From Eledone cirrhosa (Eukaryota): a DNA stretch of 64,000 nucleotides. Made by a program: the position numbers and the translations under genes. Positions within the stretch are counted from its first letter, which is position 1. Each line of letters starts with the position of its first letter. The notes under the pieces were generated by a model that made no database searches, had not been told where the DNA came from, and was given only the letters and a program-made list of their open reading frames with translations. Positions 57,572 through 64,000 of this stretch are shown here, in pieces. The DNA lies in NCBI GenBank assembly GCA_964016885.1, contig OZ024757.1, forward strand, positions 28,148,001-28,212,000, written 5' to 3'.

Positions 57572-58302
57572 CGGAAGACAGCAAGTAGTGGTAAATGAGA
57601 GTTGAATAAGACAATAGAGAAGAGAGGAAACAAGCCACAACACGTTGCTGGTTGTATTATTATTAATTTATTGCAATAAAGGCTCACATTGAGGGGAGAC
57701 CACTTACACTTGTTGTCCTCTTGCTATTATTACTGTCTGCTTCTGGGTTTTTTTTTGTATTTTGTTTACTCATATATATATACACATACACATCTGTGCA
57801 TGTATATATGTAGTTATGTGTATATATATATATACACATACACATATATGTATATATATATATATCATCATCATTTTACGTATATGTATATATATATATA
57901 TGCACACACACATATACATATATATGCACATATACACACACACACATATATATACATACATATATATATATAGGTGCGTACATACATACACATACACACA
58001 CTCATATATATATATATGTGCATGTGTGTATATATATACACATTTATATGTATGTATACATATGTAATACTTGTTTATATATGTATGTTCAGATATATAT
58101 ACATATGTCTCTCTCTCTATATATATATATATTTATTTTCCATAAATTATACTTATAAAAAGATAGTCTTCTTTTGCTCCAAGGAGCTAATCATTCTCTA
58201 CTAGTTTGTTTCAAGTAATCGTTTGAACCAGTTCTCCATCACTCCTGTGTAGCAAGACGAACCAAAAAGCACACATGCACATATATTTATATGTATGTAT
58301 GA

Positions 58303-58623
58303 TGGAGGCACATGGCTTAGTGGTTAGAGCATTGGCCTTGCAATTGAAAGGTTGTGAGTTCAATTCTCAGACCGGGTGATGTGTTGTTTCCTTGAGTAAG
58401 ACACTTTATTTCACATTGCTCCAGTTTACTCAGCTGTAGAAATGAGATTATAGGGACTGGGGTCCATATCATTCCACGGCAAAAAAAAAAAAGCACTCAG
58501 CACTCACTGTAAATGAGGTTGGTGTTAGGAAGGGCATCCAGCTGTAGAAACCAAGCCAGAATCAGTTCCCATCCCACCCTTGCAAGCAGGGAGAAAGCGG
58601 ACGTAAAATGAAATGAATGATGA
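58303..58623 (+). mobile_element. Apparently full-length SINE family B (tRNA head, central domain, RTE-like tail)
   Basis: A box tggcttagtgg, B box gagttcaattc, central domain, 3' ggacgtaaaatgaaatgaatgatg. Confidence 0.8.
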
Positions 58624-58787
58624 AATATATATATATATATATATGAAAGGAATCGGGACGCCGATGGCTGAGCTCCAGCCATTTTGACAGCTAGATCCAA
58701 ACGTATATATATATAGTCCTGATGGAATAGACTTACAGTCAAAGGCATTCCAGCCATGATCATCATATATATATATATATATATATG

Positions 58788-58838
58788 AGTTTCAGAAGAT
58801 CCCGTTAAGGGTGAAAACAGCGATTCTTTGCTTAAACT
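58788..58838 (+). ncRNA. Fourth copy of the variant hammerhead-like cassette, between (TA)n tracts
   Basis: AGTTT-CAGAAGA-TCCC-GTTAA-GGGT-GAAAACA...TGCTTAAACT, with one stem III substitution. Confidence 0.5.
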
Positions 58839-61800
58839 TTAATGTATTATTTTAATAAGTATATATATATATATATATATATATATCATCATCATCATCA
58901 TCATTTTACGTCCGTTCTTCCACGCTAGCATGGGTTAGACGGGTTGTCCTGTTGTGGGCAGTGTCTGGTCGGCTGACCATGCCTTGCTCATACAGGAACT
59001 GATCTGGCTTGATTTCTACAGCTGGATGCCCTTCCTAACACCAACCTCATTTACAGTGAGTGCTGGGTGCTTTTTCGTGGCGCCTACACGTCCACTTTAC
59101 AGTGTGGGCTGGGTGCTTTTTGCCGTGGCACCTCCACGACCACCTTGCGGTGGGGGCATATTGTCTATATGCTTCAGCTTGTACCCATGGTATAATTTTC
59201 CAAAATGGTTGTCTAACTACACATGCTTTCCTGTTATTTTCTATTTCTTCTCTCTCTCATTCTATTGTCTAATGAAGGACTGAAACCCAAAACATTAAGA
59301 TTCTTTTCCTACTATATCAAGTGTTAAGCTTATATATATCTTTATTGTACTGTATTATTCTCCTGTATTGTTTTTCCTTGTTAATTTTTCTCGTATGTTG
59401 TTTATATATATTTGAATATCTATACCTTGCAATGTCTTTGGTTTTGTTCACATATTCTACCTATTGTATTAAGTTATATAACACTGGACTCATTTTATTG
59501 AGCACTCTTGTAAGTTTCTTTCTTGAAAATACACATATTGTATAACGTGGAACTGTAATCCTTGCACTTAGGTAAATGCTATGATGATCATGGCTGGAAT
59601 GCCTTTGACTGTAAGTCTATTCCATCAGGGCTAACCTGGAGCTAAATATTGGCATGCCCCCTAGGGGGTCTCTGCCCTTTACTTTCCAATGGTGCACCCT
59701 CAGGATTAGAAAATTTATGGTGATATGCTTATTCTGGAATTCTGCCTTAGAATTTTTCTGAATTAGTGTGCTCACCTAGGAAATTCATTTTGAAGAGCAC
59801 ATCCCATCTCACCCCACCCCAAGCACTCACGCACACCAAAACCTGCCACTGGGTTTGGTAAACTCTTTGGCATTTAAACCGACTATATCCAGCTATTATT
59901 CTCTTATCCCCTTCTTTTTAAACTGGCTGTAACAAGCCACTCATACTGCTGTTAAGGTATTGTTCTCAACATAAATAATATAAAAATCTCATAGATTTGA
60001 TATTAGATGAGATATTATGTGAGATAAAGCCTTTACCACAAAAATACAATAGTAAATATATAGAGTAATGTAAATGCTAAAGGGTTAAACAACAATAGCA
60101 ACAATAACTAATACCACATTTTTTTTACAATGCCCTTATGCATCATCAGCATAGTCAGCATCATCATCAACAATATGACTATCACATGATCTACTAGAGT
60201 CATAGGTTTATCCTCTCTCTTTGATAGAAGAGCTAAAATGAAAAGAAAGAAACAAAAGGCCCTGACAATATTGAAATAAGTCAGGCAAAGGAGCATTAGG
60301 GACATATGTGTTGAGGTTGAGAGGAGTAGAGTAAATTTCTTGTGAGATAATAAAGATAGAAACAAAATAGAATATAAACAATAACAACAACAGAAATCGC
60401 ATCATAAAGAACAGGAACATCATCGTCAGCAGCAAAATCAATGACAGTAACACAACCAGCAAAAACAACAATAATAATACTAAACAGGAATCGCATCATA
60501 AACGAACATTATCAAGACAACCAAGAACAACAAGTAAAATAATAACAGCAACAAGACAGAAACAGCAGCAGTAACAATAAAAACAACAATAGCAACAAGA
60601 CAAAAAAAAACAACAACAAAACAAACAAAAACATGGACAACAACAACAAGAACATTTTTCATTATTTCCCTTAAACTTAATTAAAAGTTTTCCAAAATGG
60701 ACAAATTTCCGAGGTTAACTTATTTCCAAGAGGAATTCCTATCACCAGTGGTAATTTCACATAAATAATTCTCTCCATATAAATCGTATCTCTTATAAAT
60801 AAGTAAACGACTCAGCCATTCGCAACATGGCCGTCCATTTCCTCAACACGGTATCAAAACCTTGAAAAAAAACCCTTAGGAGGTTTCTCTCAGATCTCTG
60901 CTGGAAGTTGCCGAATTTGAGAACCAGGTGATTTTTATTCAAATCCCCTCCTCGACCTCCCATCACCAACCATTGCTGCTGCTGCCACTACTACTACTAC
61001 TACTACTACTACACCACTATCACCATCATCACCACCATCACCATTACCACCATCACTATCATCACCATCACCATCATCACCATCACCACCATCACTATCA
61101 TCACCATCACCACCATCACCTTCACCACCACCATCTCCACCACCACCATCACCACCACCACCACCACCATCGCCACCACTACCACCACCACCCTCACTGT
61201 TGCTGTAATAAGCAAGAAGTCTCTTGTGGTGAGGATTTTGATTGAAAAACAATCAAAAGAGAAAGATGTGCTGGAGTGAAGTTTTATATCAGCAGTAATT
61301 TGACATTTTCCAATGTCTGTCTTCATCATCATTGCCTGACAACTTACCTTGTCTTATCACAATTGGTGGTGTTAGTGTTGTTGTTGTTGGTGGTGGTGAT
61401 GGTAGTGGTATTGGTATTGGTGTCTGTGGTGGTGCTGGTAGTGGTGTTTGTGGCATTGGTGTAGCTAGTCGTGTTGGTGTCTGGTGGTGGTGTTTGTGGT
61501 GTTGGTACTGCTAGTGATGTTGGTTGTGTTGATGTTGGTATTGGTGGTGGTGTTGTCGTTAGTGTTGGGAGTAATGATGATGGTGGTGGTATTGCTGATG
61601 TTGGTGTTGGTATCCTTGATGTATTATGGTATGTGAGAGTGTTTACATCTGTTGTGTTGATATTGTTGTTAGTGTTAGTATTGTTGCTTTTCAATAGAAA
61701 CATCATTCCCAGGAACGAGGACTGTTTAGTATTTCACTGATCAGAGTTTCATTTTATTGGCTGATTGGGGGGTTTGCTTTGGTGATTAGTGGTTTGTATG

Positions 61801-63480
61801 ATGAAGCAACTGTTTAGCATCACAACATCACTGTCAAACAACAACAATAAATACAGTAATGTTAAATACAAAGCAGAAAATAAAATTTCCTCTGTAAACT
61901 TTTCGAAAAAAAAAGTTATTAATTTCATTGGTTTTCTTTGTAAATATTAGAACTGAATTGACTCCAATACATTACTGGTACATTTTATCTGAAACCTGGG
62001 GGGAAGTTAAAGGTCCACTTCAGTCATGACTTACTGTATGTTTGCATCTGGAAATTTCAATTTCATGTTCCAAAGAAAAGTATATGAGATGTGAGCCCCT
62101 GGTTTATTAGAAGGATCAGTAGCTCTGCTTGAGTACTGACTTAGTCAGTAACAACCAGTCCAACCATTGTTAGCAGGGAGAAGGGATGTTAAATCGTAAT
62201 GATCTTGAGAGTTCCTCATGATCTCTATATTACAATGAAATGAGAATATCTTTGTTGAGCTAAAGACATTATAATAAATATTTTCTACAGATTAAATGCA
62301 ATATAAAAAAAATCCTTAATAGAAATAATAAAACTGGGACACAGTCATGTGAAAGAAAAGCTGTTTCCTACTTATAAATATATGTCTGTGTGTATCCAGT
62401 TTGGAATAGGTACATCGTATCCCTGCTTGTTTTAACCTTATAGTTATCAACCTGGCCAAAACCAGCTCTGGTTCTATGAAATAAATGAACCCATTCTAAA
62501 GGTTTCCAATTTAAATTAAAATCTTTCAAAATAATTTTCCAATGTCTGTCTTCATCTTACATTAAGTTACTATCTTAGTAATGAAATAATTAATAATTTT
62601 TGTAAATCCCTCAAAATTCTTCATTAATTAATTAAAATAGGTCCCATCCAAGTAATGGCAGCATAGAAAAATCAACGTAAATATGGTGATGATGATATAT
62701 ATACATATATATAAAACAGAGTATGTCTGTCTGTGTAAATCACTAAAACTTGAGAAGTACCCAACCAATTTTTTTCAAACTTTACACATGCATTACTTAT
62801 ATTTCTTGAAGTGCTATGGGCTAAACATTTTTAACTTTTTCTGCCCTAGGGCAGGTAGCATAAGTATGAGCAACCAGTTACCGCTGGTTTGAACAGAAAG
62901 AGGTGAGAGACTTCTGGTTAAGTGACTGAGTCTTCCACAGAAAGGTACACCCTTAATAAAACAGGCAAAATCAGTGTATTACAAGGCTGTTGTAGTGGTG
63001 GTGGTGATGTTGGTGGTGGTTGTTGGTGTGGTGGCAGTGATTACTGAGATGACGGAGGTTGTAGTTGTAGTGGTAGCAGTTGTTATTGTGATGGTTGTAG
63101 TAGTTGTGGTGATGATGATAGTAGTGATGGTATTGGTCATAGTGACAGTAGTGGTGATGATGGTTGTGAGATGGGGTGGTGAGTTGCTGTGCAATACAGT
63201 GGTAGTGTGCAAAGGTATGTAATGTATTGCACCACTGCAGCTGCAATGTGCAACAACAGCAGCATGAGGAAGGGGAGGAGAATATGCAGTAATATTGGCA
63301 GTGGTGGTGGGGTGATCAGGATGGTAGTGGCAATTGTAGGTGATTGGGGCTGACTAGAGCGGTTGTGGTAGCATAAGTTGATGATGATGGTAGCAATAGT
63401 GATAGGGTTGGTGATTTGTCTGGTAGTGCTGGTGATGGTGATGGAGCGTGGTGATGATAGCGATGATAGAACAGGATGAT

Positions 63481-64000
63481 GATGATGATGATGGTAAGGA
63501 GGGCAGGTGACTGTGATATTAGTGGTGATGATAGTGTTCATGGTGGATTTGGTGTTGGTGATGATGATGATGGTAAGGAGGGAAGGTGACTGTGATATTA
63601 GTGGTGATGATAGTGTTCATGGTGGTTTTGGTGTTGGTGATGATGATGATGGTAAGGAGGGAAGGTGACTGTGATATTAGTGGTGATGATAGTGTTCATG
63701 GTGGTTTTGGTGTCGGTGATGATGATGGTAAGGAGGGAAGGTGACTGTGATATTAGTGGTGATGATAGTGTTCATGATGGATTTGGTGTTGGTGATGATG
63801 ATGATGGTAAGGAGGGAAGGTGACTGTGATATTAGTGGTGATGATAGTGTTCATGGTGGATTTGGTGTTGGTGATGATGATGATGGTAAGGAGGGAAGGT
63901 GACTGTGATATTAGTGGTGATGATAGTGTTCATGGTGGATTTGGTGTTGGTGATGATGATGATGGTAAGGAGGGAAGGTGACTGTGATATTAGTGGTGAT
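63481..64000. repeat. 79-bp minisatellite array running off the window end
   Basis: The unit ggtaaggagggaaggtgactgtgatattagtggtgatgatagtgttcatggtggatttggtgttggtgatgatgatgat starts at 63493, 63572, 63651, 63727, 63806, 63885 and 63964. Confidence 0.95.

Noticed and set aside
63481-64000. Regularly spaced repeats considered as a CRISPR-like array
   Set aside because: The units are contiguous with no unique spacers, there are no cas genes, and the context is eukaryotic.

Overview
AT-rich, microsatellite-saturated animal genomic DNA. It is inferred to be cephalopod (Octopus-like) from its SINE/MITE repertoire and (AT)n/(CAT)n density. The only well-supported protein-coding content is the 3' part of a spliced NR2E-subfamily nuclear receptor gene (PNR/NR2E3-like, possibly the NR2E6 'PNR-like' clade) on the + strand. 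Five phase-compatible GT-AG exons at 5960-9587 encode the T-box, a low-complexity hinge and a complete ligand-binding domain; the zinc-finger exons were not found and presumably lie upstream of the window. The remaining ~54 kb is apparently intergenic: tRNA-derived SINEs, decayed RTE-clade LINEs, hAT, piggyBac, Tc2/pogo-like and Merlin-like MITEs, minisatellites and simple repeats. Almost all ORFs in the supplied track are microsatellite artefacts. Most notable hunt result: several families of short, (TA)n-embedded, Penelope-like non-coding elements carrying hammerhead-ribozyme folds. One family has four copies that all carry a non-canonical CAGAAGA core. There are also two long fold-back palindromes.
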